Assembly (NCBI GenBank): GCA_051294375.1
Contig: CM119266.1
Coordinates: forward strand, 22,201,885 to 22,265,874
DNA: 63,990 nucleotides
Origin: Paraspadella gotoi
Taxonomy: Eukaryota > Animalia > Chaetognatha
Direction: 5' to 3'
Shown here: piece by piece, positions 48,701-59,067 of the stretch
Numbering within the stretch: position 1 is the first letter of the stretch
How the letters are laid out: every line of letters begins with the position of its first letter
Position numbers and translations under genes: made by a program
Notes under the pieces: model-generated
Seen by the model: only the letters and a program-made list of their open reading frames with translations
Database searches by the model: none
Told to the model about the DNA's origin: nothing

Positions 48701-51700
48701 TTTTTAAAAGTTTCCCTCTCTTTATCTCTCTCTGATTGATTGATTGATTGATTGATTAACCAAATTTTGCTACTATGAAGTAAGAACATTACAGAGTTAA
48801 ATTCTACCGATGAAAGCGACGCCGTAAAGATTGACGACCCTCAAATTTGGGGTGTGCGCTTTAATCTTCGTCAGATTGATGACCTGGTGTAAGTTGAGTT
48901 CCATAAACATTCAACATTTAAAAAAAAAAAAATAAATAAAGGCAGGCTTTCGAGCCGTAAAAGGTCCTGACCTCATAAACTTCTTCCTGGACGTCGTTGG
49001 AGAGTTCCAAAGTTCCAATGATGTGAAGAACCTGAGCAAATCACTCGAATGTTTAAAAAGGAGTCAGTTGTTTTAGGATGGATCGTTGTCAAGTTACTTG
49101 AATTGACGAGAGGCTGTTGTAGATGCGACGCATGAAACCTTCGAGAAAGATGACCTCCGAGAGGCAAACGGTCAAGCTGGGGGAAATCGAAACTCGACTC
49201 ATTATATTTAAAAATATTTGAACGAAGATACGCTAATGAGAGCAAAATATAAGAATCAACGAATGAAACTGCTACAAACCTGTAAAGATTACAGGGAAAC
49301 TCGTTAAGGTCGTTGAAGTCGGACAATTGCATCGCCGACGCAAAGTCGAGAACCTGCAGGCCCGAAGGAGGGCCGAAAGAGTTTTCATCGCGAGTTTGTC
49401 AGTAAATATTCTACTTTGATTTGTATTTATCACAATTATTTCGTAATAATTTCATAAAATCAGCTCCCACCATGTGCTTGAGATTGGGGCACTTTGAAGC
49501 CAATTCGTGGATGACAACAGGCGTTATGAGTTCCGGCGGAAGTTCCACATATTTTAAGGAAGGACCGAATCGAACGGCGATCAGCGCCAGCAACGCCTCT
49601 ACGTTGGCGACATGAAGACCTGGTAGTAGTGAGTGGTGGGGAGGAGACTGCTTTGTTGACAATTTATGATTGAAACTGAATGGATAAACAATAACAATAT
49701 GACAATTTAAACAAACTCAACTGAATTAAAAACATCCGACGACTGATCAATGTAAACTGTAATATGTGAGTAGGGGGTAAATAAAATTTTAAATCGTGAT
49801 CACTCGTGACACTTCGAGGAAAAAAAACAAATTCCTCCTTTACCTTTTAATGTAAACAGCGTTTCCATCCATTACGTAGTTTTTTATTTTACTAACAAAT
49901 GGGAATTTAGGGATTGGCCAACTTAGGGTTTTCATTATGGTTTTTTAAAACATTCTTAGGGAAAAAGTACACCGTTTTTAATGGCCATGGGGAAGAGTGA
50001 TCCAGGTAAGTTAAATAACACTTTATGACAGCGCCCCGTTTTTTTTAAAAATCGCTTTAAAAAGCTCGTGCCGCTCAGGGGTGTCGGTGGTTGCATGCGC
50101 CTTTCACTGCCTAGCGGGAATCCTGGGATTCGCCGAGATCCTCGTCGCCGTCTTCTACGTCGTCGCGACGTCCTTTGCAGTTCACCACGTTTTCGTCCTG
50201 GGGGTCAATCTGTGGATTCTGGGATGGGCGGCCTTTTCCGTCGCCATCAACTGGTTCTTCGACGGTGACATTCAGGGTGAGCGAGAATATTAATAGACCG
50301 TCTTATTGATATTGCGAATAATTCTGACGCCTCCCTTTTTAATAATACCCAAGGCGTATTGGAGAATAACGACAGGGACGACTATACTTTCGTCTGGCAT
50401 CCGCTTCAATACCATCGCGTCAAGTTCAGGATTAGACGCAAGACACTCATCTCGCCTTTTGTGTTTATCCCCCATGGACTTAGCTTTAGCTATCCCTGTT
50501 TGATGATTCAGGTGAGGATTGGCGCTTCTCGGTCTGAAGTTAAAAACATGTATTGAGTTTGCTTACTTCTTTCTTCTTTTATATTCTTCACGCACACACA
50601 AACACTCTCTCTCTCTCTCGTCCAGCTGTTCGCGAAGAGCGTTCTCTTCAAGGAATGGCCAGCGATGTCGCCGTATGATGTCGCTCAGACGATCCCGTCG
50701 CCGCTTCTCGCCAAAGATATCAAATCGGCCGAGTTGATTTTCTGGATTCAGTTGGCGGCCATTGCGCTCCACGCCTTCAATTTCGTCTTCTGCTTCGGCT
50801 TCTATTTCACCGAAACCCCTTCGAACTTTGATGACGATGATTCTGGTGAGTTTGGTAAGGTTTTGGTGATTTAATAACTATAATTGGTTTGTTTTACCTA
50901 CTTTTTTTATCAGCACGATCATCATCAACCATGTAATAATAATATAATTCTTACACTTTCGATTCGACGAATTCTTTTAAACTCGGACAATCTTAAAACT
51001 TATGCTGGTTATAGTATTGTTCGAGTCAGTGTTTTTGAGACAGACACCAACCTTTCGTCAATTTTAGAACTGGGATGCCTGGGCCAATCGGCGGCGCCGT
51101 GGCTGCGGACGTCGAAGGATCGACCTTCCCTGACCTCGATCGCATATCTAGTCGCTTGGGGCGGACTTATCTTCTTATCGCTGCCTGGGATTTACACGCT
51201 TTTCGTCAGCGGTTCTCTTCTGGCTGCACTGCTTTGTTCCATCGCCTTCCATCTGCTCTCAACACCTGCCAGGTTCAGTTTGTTTATATGGAAGCGAAAT
51301 CAAGAACGATGCAAGTGCTTCTTTTTTAAAAATCAATTTTGCATTGGAATTTTCTTCACTCCACCAGTTTCGTGAAAATCGATTTCGTCGTTGCCGTGAT
51401 CATGGTCGTCTATCTGTTGGGAGTGGACGCTTACGTCATGTACGTGACTCGGGGTTTTGGCCACATGAAGATTCCGTGGTTGACGTAAGTTGGGAAAATC
51501 CGATTACAACAAGCGGCAAAAAAAAAAGGGGAACAAATTTGAAGAAAACTGAATTGCGCACTGATGGGAAATGCGAAATGAAATACAATATAATAGATGA
51601 AATACAAAGCTTGCCCGATTTGTTGATAATTGTCATTAATAAGAATGCTTGTAGGAGTAAAATTACTTTCATCGAAAAGAAATTCTTGGCCGGAATCGCG

Positions 51701-51910
51701 CAAAAATTCTCGGCGAATGATTCGGTCGTTGGCCTTTTCAAACGACTTACCTTTGTAGTCCGGTCGGAAGGAGACGCTGCTCCAGAGACGCGAATCGGCC
51801 GTGATCATGCGCCATCTTTTGCAAACGAGCGCCAACTTTATGATTTCGCGATGAGACAAGAACGAAAAGACGTGAATGAGCACTTTGTCCGGAAGCTTCT
51901 CCATTTTCAT
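45743..51910 (-). CDS. F-box/leucine-rich-repeat protein, ~488 aa. Exons 51910-51751, 49619-49471, 49353-49280, 49176-49098, 49031-48972, 48883-48808, 48321-48175, 47950-47759, 47355-47178, 46992-46813, 45995-45913, 45831-45743
   Basis: F-box EKLPDKVLIHVFSFLSHREIIKLALVCKRW; cysteine-containing LRRs (KCPNLKHM, TPNLRVVNLYG, CIHLETLSANFCERIT, LTALDLSNCDYLT). GT-AG phases are consistent; the start codon could lie further upstream. Confidence 0.9.
46039..46745. mobile_element. Tc1/mariner-type MITE in an F-box gene intron
   Basis: TIRs tcatgtg(c)aaaaaaaacgcgcca(a/c)tttata at both ends, right end ...catgactg followed by TA, left end preceded by TA; very AT-rich non-coding interior. Confidence 0.8.
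47400..47640. other. GC-rich structured intronic element (SINE/retroelement 5' UTR or ncRNA)
   Basis: Stems cctgg/ccagg, cgcc/ggcg, cccggt/accggg and gtcgt/acgac inside F-box intron 8; composition differs from the surrounding AT-rich introns. Confidence 0.35.
48378..48680 (+). mobile_element. Helentron-associated/DINE-1-like non-autonomous element
   Basis: T-run followed by hairpin agtcggatctgc/gcagattccgact, then a (gtcc)n microsatellite and ggtcagtcccact; a related fragment lies at ~23265-23350. Confidence 0.5.
49981..51488 (+). CDS. Nested antisense orphan multi-pass membrane protein, ~308 aa, 6 exons (49981-50005, 50079-50276, 50354-50511, 50626-50845, 51068-51272, 51368-51488)
   Basis: Five GT-AG introns with matching phases give MAMGKSDPGVSVVACAFHCLAGILGFAEILVAVFYVVA...IFWIQLAAIALHAFNFVFCFGFYF...IAYLVAWGGLIFLSLPGIYTLFV...FVVAVIMVVYLLGVDAYVMY..KIPWLT*. 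About 6-7 hydrophobic helices; lies wholly inside F-box intron 1 (49620-51750). Confidence 0.82.
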
Positions 51911-52704
51911 TGGGACCAACTCGAACGAAACAGATACAATTAGCTCTCATCGAGAGGAAAAAAAGCTAAGCTGATCGATTTTTAAGAAATCCGCGATAAT
52001 TTAATTTTTATCCTTTGATTTTATCGACTGCTTCGGACGCTCCATTGCAGATGCGAGGCGAAGGAGCAGTTCGTTCAACGCGGATTCAACAAATTTCGAT
52101 CGCGAAGGATCGAGTGTCGATGAAATAGCGATGCTTCCTCGATCGCGAAACAGAAGCTTAACAGCAATTTTTTTTTTATTCTTTGCCGGTAAGGTTTTTA
52201 GAAATTAAGCTTTTCCCGTGATTCTAGCTTCGTCAGTTTTCACGTGAAAAAAGCGAAGAATACGTGAAGTTAAACTTGACGTTTCTCGTAAACGGTGATC
52301 ATAGTAGCATTTTCGACCTCTCCCTAGCAAAAGTGAAGTAGCTATTACAATAAGTGGATGAAATTGACGCCATAAAAGTTTCGACTCCAATATATTTTAA
52401 ATATAAGTCGATGACAAGTGCACAAACATCTCATTACTAGTAGTAAGTTCCAACCTGAACGATGATACCCAGAATGAAACAAAAATAATTAATAATTATA
52501 GTAACGTCATTCCTTGTTGCCAAATCCGTGAATCTTCTCAAAAGTCAAATGTAAATCTCTCTAGTTCCTAAATTTTCGACTCGTTAAAGAACCCCGGATT
52601 TTTACAATGAGTACAATGTAAAATTAAATGAGAGCGATCTGGATTAAAAGATCAATTTTTTTTTCATGCAATCATGGCGACTAATTTTTTTTACAATCAT
52701 TGAT

Positions 52705-53522
52705 TTTATTAAAAACATTCACGAGTCTGATAAATTGTTAATTTATGCCTATTGAGATTCCAACTATACCTACTGCAGCCTGGATTAAGAGAAAAACGCC
52801 GTTACATAATTTTTTCAAAAACCCAAAATGCCCTCTTATCCATGCTAAATTCAACGCGCTCCCCCACGAAACAAACACACACACACGCGGGCGAGGAAGA
52901 AATTTAAAACCAAAAAAATTAAGAAAAGAAGGAAAAAAAAAAAGAAAAAAAACGCAAAAACCGTGACGAAGATGGTAAAAAACCTGCCAATTAATCCGTC
53001 GGAGAGGGAGGAAAAAAATACATTCGGATTAATTGGTGGGAGAACGAATATCTAATAACAGTAAACAAACAAAGAGAACCCTGTTCGACGATGACGGGCT
53101 CCGAAGCCGCCACCGAATCGACTAGATAGGCCCGAAAGCCGCCAAATAGACGATTCCGCGGGGCGAATGTGGGAAAAAGAAGGGAAAGGGGGGGGGAAAG
53201 TTTTCGGGGCTCCCGGACAGAAAAGACAGGGAGGACGCCCAGGGGTTAAGGATAAAGGAGAGCCCCCCACCCCTGTCCTTTCAAAGCGGGAGTCAAGCCC
53301 GCCCTCGGCGAACGCGATTCTCCCTGTAATTAGATATTATCTCTCCTTCACAAGCAATAAAAACGTTTTCAGCGCAAATTTTAAACGCGACGGAAGAGGG
53401 TGGGGGAAAAAAATCTAAAGTTTAACTTATGCATCGTTTCTATCTATGGAAATAATAAAAACTCTGGAAGAAAAAAATGGGTTTCTTCTTTGCTACCTAA
53501 AGATAAAGAGCTGTAAAGTAAA
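52705..53522 (-). other. Predicted ~820-nt MAT 3' UTR with GC-rich hairpins, ending near AATAAA at 52710-52705
   Basis: Lies downstream of the MAT stop; inverted repeats at 52987-98/53025-36 and 53115-24/53147-56. Confidence 0.5.
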
Positions 53523-55633
53523 TCAAAAAACAAGCTTCTTGGGAACTTCCCAGGTGAAGCCGTCGCGGCCAAAGTGACCATACGCCGAAGTCTTCTGATA
53601 GATGGGGTTTTTCAGGTTGAGCTCTTTGACGATCTTTCCGGGACGAAGGTCGAAGTTTTCCTGTACGATCTTCAAGAGCTCTTGTTCGGTCTTGGTCGAC
53701 GTTCCGTAACTAAAGAGTAACGCAAAAGAATTTCGAGGTAACTTATAAGCCTTATCTTAGAAAAAGAACTGACCAAGTTCACCGAACGACGGCCCGATGC
53801 GGCTTACCTGAAAACGGTGATGGAGAGCGGCTCTGCGATTCCGATAGCGTAGGCAATCTGGACCAGGACGCGCTTGCAAAGGCCAGCCTTGACGAGTGAC
53901 TTCGCGACCCACCTAGATAAAGATAGGAACGAGTTTAGATGCAGAATGAAGAGTCGCCCATCGCTTGGAATCTCGAAAAACTCGGGGGAGGGGAAGAAAC
54001 CAGAACTCTTAGGTAAAAGTTAAAAAACGATAAATAACTAGAAACTGACCTGGCGGCGTAAGCGGCGGATCTGTCCACCTTGGTGAAGTCTTTCCCAGAA
54101 AAGGCGCCGCCTCCGTGGGCGCCCCAACCTCCGTAAGTGTCGACGATGATTTTTCGTCCCGTCAATCCGGCATCACCCATCGGCCCGCCGATGATAAATT
54201 TTCCGGAAGGCTGAAAGGAGAAAATTATAAACGTCTATAACATAAGTAAAGTTAACGAGGAAGACAAGGAAAATCGAGAAGCCTCACCTGCAAGTGATAA
54301 ATGGTGTTTTCATCCAGATATTTGGATGGAATCACGTCCTTGACGACGTGCTCCATAAGGATCTCGCGCATATGGCTCAGCTTGATAGTTTCGTCGTGCT
54401 GTACGGAGATGACGATAGTGTGCACACGTTTCGGGATGCACGCGCCGTCCTTGAAGGAGTACTCGCAGGTAACCTGCTCGAGAAAAATTAACAATTGTTT
54501 ACCTTTATTTCATCAATGATGACAATTCGTTTAGATGGCCGAGCAATTTTAAAAAGTTTTTGAAAAGAGAACTCGCCTGCGTCTTGGAATCCGGCCTTAG
54601 CCATTTGCAAGTGCCATTGCGACGAAGTTCCGCCATCTTTTGGTTAAGCTTGTGAGCGAGCACGACTGTGAGCGGCATCGCCTCTTCCGTCTCGTCCGTT
54701 GCGTAACCAAACATGAGTCCCTGATCACCGGCGCCAGTCTCTTCCTCGTCGCGCCCCTCGTGGACACCTGTGACGATAAGAGTCGAAAACAAAAAAATTT
54801 AGACCTTGTGAAAGATGAATACTGATTAGGCTCATCCAATTCACTCGATTTCCTGTATTCTTCTCACCCTGCGCAATGTCGGGGGATTGCTGCTCCAGAG
54901 CGACCAGGACGTTGCAAGTCTTGTGGTCGAATCCCTTGGCTGAGTCGTCGTAGCCAATATGCTTGATGGTGTCACGAATGACCTTTTGGTAGTCGACGAC
55001 GGCTTTGGAGGTGATTTCTCCGCACACGAGTATCATACCGGTTTTCGCGACCTGATTTAGCGGGAGTATGGAAGGGTGGAAGGGAGAGGAAAAAAGTGAG
55101 TAAGAGAGGAGATTATTAGCCTTCATTTAAGTACTAGAAGTTCTCGTAGATCTACTAGAACTAATAAACTGTCGCTCATTCGAGGTAAAGAATCCTGTCT
55201 CGTACCCTTTTCGGGTACCCTTTTTCAAAGATTATGAAGAGTGAGAGAGTCAAGCTTCTGAACTTTTGACATAAGAGAGGCCTTGATAAATAGAGATAAA
55301 TGACTGACAGAATCAGATTATTGAGGGTCGAAAGTTCGAGTCTCAAGAAAAAGAGTTTAAAGTTTCTCTCGATTACCGTCTCACAGGCGACTCGGGCATC
55401 GGGATCTTGCTTGAGGTGAGCGTCCAAAATTGCGTCGGAGACTTGATCGCAAATCTTGTCGGGATGACCTTGACGAGAAAGAAATATTTGTGATAAAAGT
55501 GGGGGGAGGGGGAAACCGAGAAGTTACGGCATAATTTCGCTTCAAACTCACCTTCTCCCACCGATTCGGAGGTGAAGAGAAAAGATTCAATGTCTTGTTG
55601 TCCGACTTTGTTTACTGAATCGAAATCCGCCAT
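53523..55633 (-). CDS. MAT: S-adenosylmethionine synthetase (methionine adenosyltransferase), 395 aa. Exons 55633-55552, 55468-55377, 55051-54868, 54767-54577, 54473-54288, 54210-54050, 53912-53808, 53709-53523
   Basis: [83 protein letters not shown]. Intron 4 is GC-AG. Confidence 0.98.
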
Positions 55634-56149
55634 TTTGAATTTAGTAGAAAGAACCGAGGACGGTAGTCGCAACGATTAGCGATGTCAGTTTTTGTGAATT
55701 TTTGGGAATTATTTTTTTTGGCACGTTGATCCGCGGACCTCGTTTCCAAATTCTGAAGACTGATAAAGCAACGTAAAAATAAAACTATCTTCGAAAATGA
55801 TATTAATATTTGGACCGATAATTATCAGACTTCGAACATAAAACGCGTATTAATCCCGGTGGTATCTCTTTTAATTAACGAAAAAGGGCGCAACGATACA
55901 AAACATCGTAGCAAGGTCTGACAGATTATGCAATATGGACGCTTTCAGGCGTAAATTTGGAAAAAGTCGTGAGAAAGGCTTAAAAATTCACGAAGAGTCG
56001 TTCATAATAAATTTAAAAAATAGGTAAAAACGACAAACCATTAGGAATGTAAAACAAAAACAACAATCGCCTAACATTTCACATTTATCTTATTTTCTTT
56101 TTGACGGTCAAGAGTATTCAAACCATAGTCTTTAAATCGAGCCAAGTTT

Positions 56150-57697
56150 TCAGTAACGGTAATGGTCCGGTTTGAAGGGCCCGAACTGCGGGATGCCAAG
56201 ATACTCTGACTGATCCTTAGAAAGAGTGGTCAGCTTGACGCCGAGATGCTCGAGATGGGTCTCGGCCACCTCTTCGTCGAGCTTCTTGGGCAGCATGTAG
56301 ACACCAATGGGGTATTGGCTGGTCTTGGTCCAAAGCTCAAGCTGGGCCAAAACTTGATTGGAGAACGAGTTGCTCATGACGAAAGACGGGTGGCCCATGG
56401 CACAGCCGAGATTGACAAGCCTTCCCTCGGCCAAGAGGATAATGTGGCGTCCATTCTTAAGCGTATATCGATCGACCTGGGGCTTGATCTCGTCCCGCTT
56501 GGCGTTGGTGTTGAGCCAGGCGGCGTCAATCTCGCAGTCGAAATGACCAATGTTGCATACGATGGCGTCCTCGAGCATTTGCTCGAAGTGATGTCCCCCG
56601 ATGATGTCCTTGCAGCCGGTGGTGGTGACGAAGATGCGGGCCTCCTTGCAAGCCTCGTCCATCGTCGTCACCTCGTAGCCCTCCATCGCCGCCTGGAGGG
56701 CGTTGATGGGATCAATTTCGGTGATAAGCACGCGGGCGCCGAAAGCTCTCAAGGCCTGGGCGCTGCCCTTCCCCACGTCGCCGTAGCCCGCGACGCAGGC
56801 GACTTTTCCGGCGAGCATGATGTCGGTGGCGCGCTTGATGCCGTCCACGAGAGACTCACGGCAGCCGTAGAGGTTATCGAACTTGCTCTTCGTCACCGAA
56901 TCATTGACGTTGATCGCGGGGATCTTGAGCTCACCCTTCTTGTGTAGTTTGTAGAGGTTGTGGACGCCGGTGGTCGTCTCTTCAGAACAGCCTTTGATCC
57001 CGGAGAGGAGCTGAGGATACTTGGTGTGGATGAGGTTGGTCAAATCGCCGCCGTCGTCGAGGATCATGTTGAGGGGTTGGCCATCGGGAAAGTAGACGGT
57101 CTGCTCGATGCACCAGAGGTATTCCTCGTCCGTCTCACCCTTCCAGGCGTAGACAGGGATCCCGGCAGCCGCCATGGCGGCGGCGGCGTGGTCCTAAAGA
57201 GGGAAAAAAAACTCACATTAATTACTCTGGGGATCAAACGAACAGGTAAAAGGGACAGATACACATTTAACATTACCAAAATAAAATATTCTCGAAAACA
57301 CTGGTTATCGTTAAATTCATTCTGTTCATAAATTTTTAAATTTTTAAAATTTTTAATTTAAGTGTTGAAAATTTCAAGAAAACAAAACATTATAAGCAAT
57401 ATACTATATATGCGTTAAGTACAGAAAGAAACATACCTGTGTCGAAAAAATGTTGCAACTCGACCACGTAACTTCCGCCCCCAGTTCCACGAGCGTCTCG
57501 ATGAGCACCGCAGTCTGCACCGTCATATGAAGACAACCGGCGATACGAGCACCCTTAAGTGGCTTTGAGGGACCGTATTTTTTGCGCAACATCATTAGGC
57601 CAGGCATTTCGTTTTCGGCCATGTCAATCACCTTCCGACCCCATTCAGCTAATTTCATGTCGGCCACTTTGTAGGGAAGCTTCTTTTGTGAACCCAT
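56150..57697 (-). CDS. AHCY: S-adenosylhomocysteine hydrolase (adenosylhomocysteinase), 434 aa, exons 57697-57437 and 57193-56150
   Basis: [28 protein letters not shown]|[65 protein letters not shown]. Confidence 0.99.
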
Positions 57698-57778
57698 GTT
57701 TGAAAAAGTTTGCTTTCAAAAGTTTATTTAAGATCAATTTAATTTGAGATACTTCGGAACGAGAGTTTCCCAGGCGGT

Positions 57779-57860
57779 CTGTTGAGGGAAAAGGAAAGAT
57801 TGAGCGGTCTTCAGCTTTTTATAGTCCGAGGAAACCGGAGAGAAGGCAGCAGACCAATAG
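57779..57860 (-). promoter_or_regulatory. AHCY core promoter: TATAAAAA (57823-57816) with a pyrimidine TCT/TOP-like start ~30 nt downstream and a CCAAT box upstream
   Basis: Minus strand reads TATAAAAAGC...TCTTTCCTTTTCCCTCAACAG; CCAAT on the + strand at ~57854. Confidence 0.6.
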
Positions 57861-59067
57861 GAGAAAAGCCGGATGGGAATCTCGAGCTCTGATTAGTCCA
57901 ATTCAGTTGAGGCAAACCGAACCACGATAGTCTCTTTCCGCGAGGTGAAAGATTCGGGTGGAATGTGATAACAAAAAACTAGTTTAAGTGATCACTTCTT
58001 ATCTACGCCTGAAAGGATTTAGTTTAAGTGCCATTGAAAAAGAAGAAAGTTCATTGTTGAAATAGATATTTAGGATCTATTGCATCACCCGTCGTACTAA
58101 ACTCTTTAAGACTTTATACGAAATCTGCACCATGATTCATTCGGCTTACCTGAGGAAAAAAAACAAACAAAAGGCGGCCTGTACTCCAATCACAGGACTC
58201 CCGAGTAGGATTAGGGTTAATTGATTCAGTTTGGTTATGATTCTTTTAATAATTTTCACATTGAATTTATTTTCGAATCAGCTGGACGTTACCATTAATT
58301 TAAAAACTCGCAATTTATAACTCAATCCATGATTACTGAATTCTGGTTTATATAACCCGCCGTTGATCTTTGCTATCAAGTTCAACTAGTTTTCTTAAAT
58401 TTTGTGAACCTTGTCTCGAGACAAGTTACCTTTCGACTTTTTCCTCTTAAAAAAAACTGGGTCACTGCACCTAAAACCAACTCCCGGAACATTGGTGAGA
58501 AAAGTTCATAGTTCTCGAACAGGTGAACGCCACCAGCAGTCGGTGTCCACGTGAAAACCTCAATTTCTTAAATCCTTCTTGAAATGTGTCCCTCCGAGCT
58601 TAATTGCGAAGGTTTATAAATACTGTGAAAACAACTATCTATACCTAATAACACAATATTCAAGGCTGTAAATGCTACGCGGTTCATCAGCATTAAAAAT
58701 ATGCTCCCATCACTAGATTTATTAAGAACAAATACCAAAAATGTCAACAATCACAACGGATGCGCTTGACAGACAAAAAATCCTGCCAAATCAAATGAGC
58801 ACAAATGACATACTTCAAACATAAAACCCTGCGATTGAGGGTCCTCCGTCAAAACATTGATATTTCTAGATAAACATGAACACGGGAAAAGGTTTTACAT
58901 AACACTAGAGAATTGAGTAAACATAATGAGAAGAGGAATAAAGTGTGTGGGAGAAGAGGATTTGAGTGGCTGGGCGAGAAGGAGTGAGAGAAAGAGAAGT
59001 GAAAGAAGGGGATAGAGAAAAAATTATGTCTAAGGATATTAATTTCTAAGTCAGTGCATACGTTTCT

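Noticed and set aside
51344-51943. 199-aa + strand ORF
   Set aside because: Off-frame to the nested gene's last exon and antisense to F-box exon 1; no recognisable protein.
56246-56947. 233-aa + strand ORF
   Set aside because: Antisense shadow of AHCY exon 2 caused by GC3-rich codon usage.
53523-57697. Bacterial metK-ahcY operon by contamination or recent horizontal transfer
   Set aside because: Both genes have spliceosomal introns and animal-type sequences and are flanked by KSR and an F-box gene.
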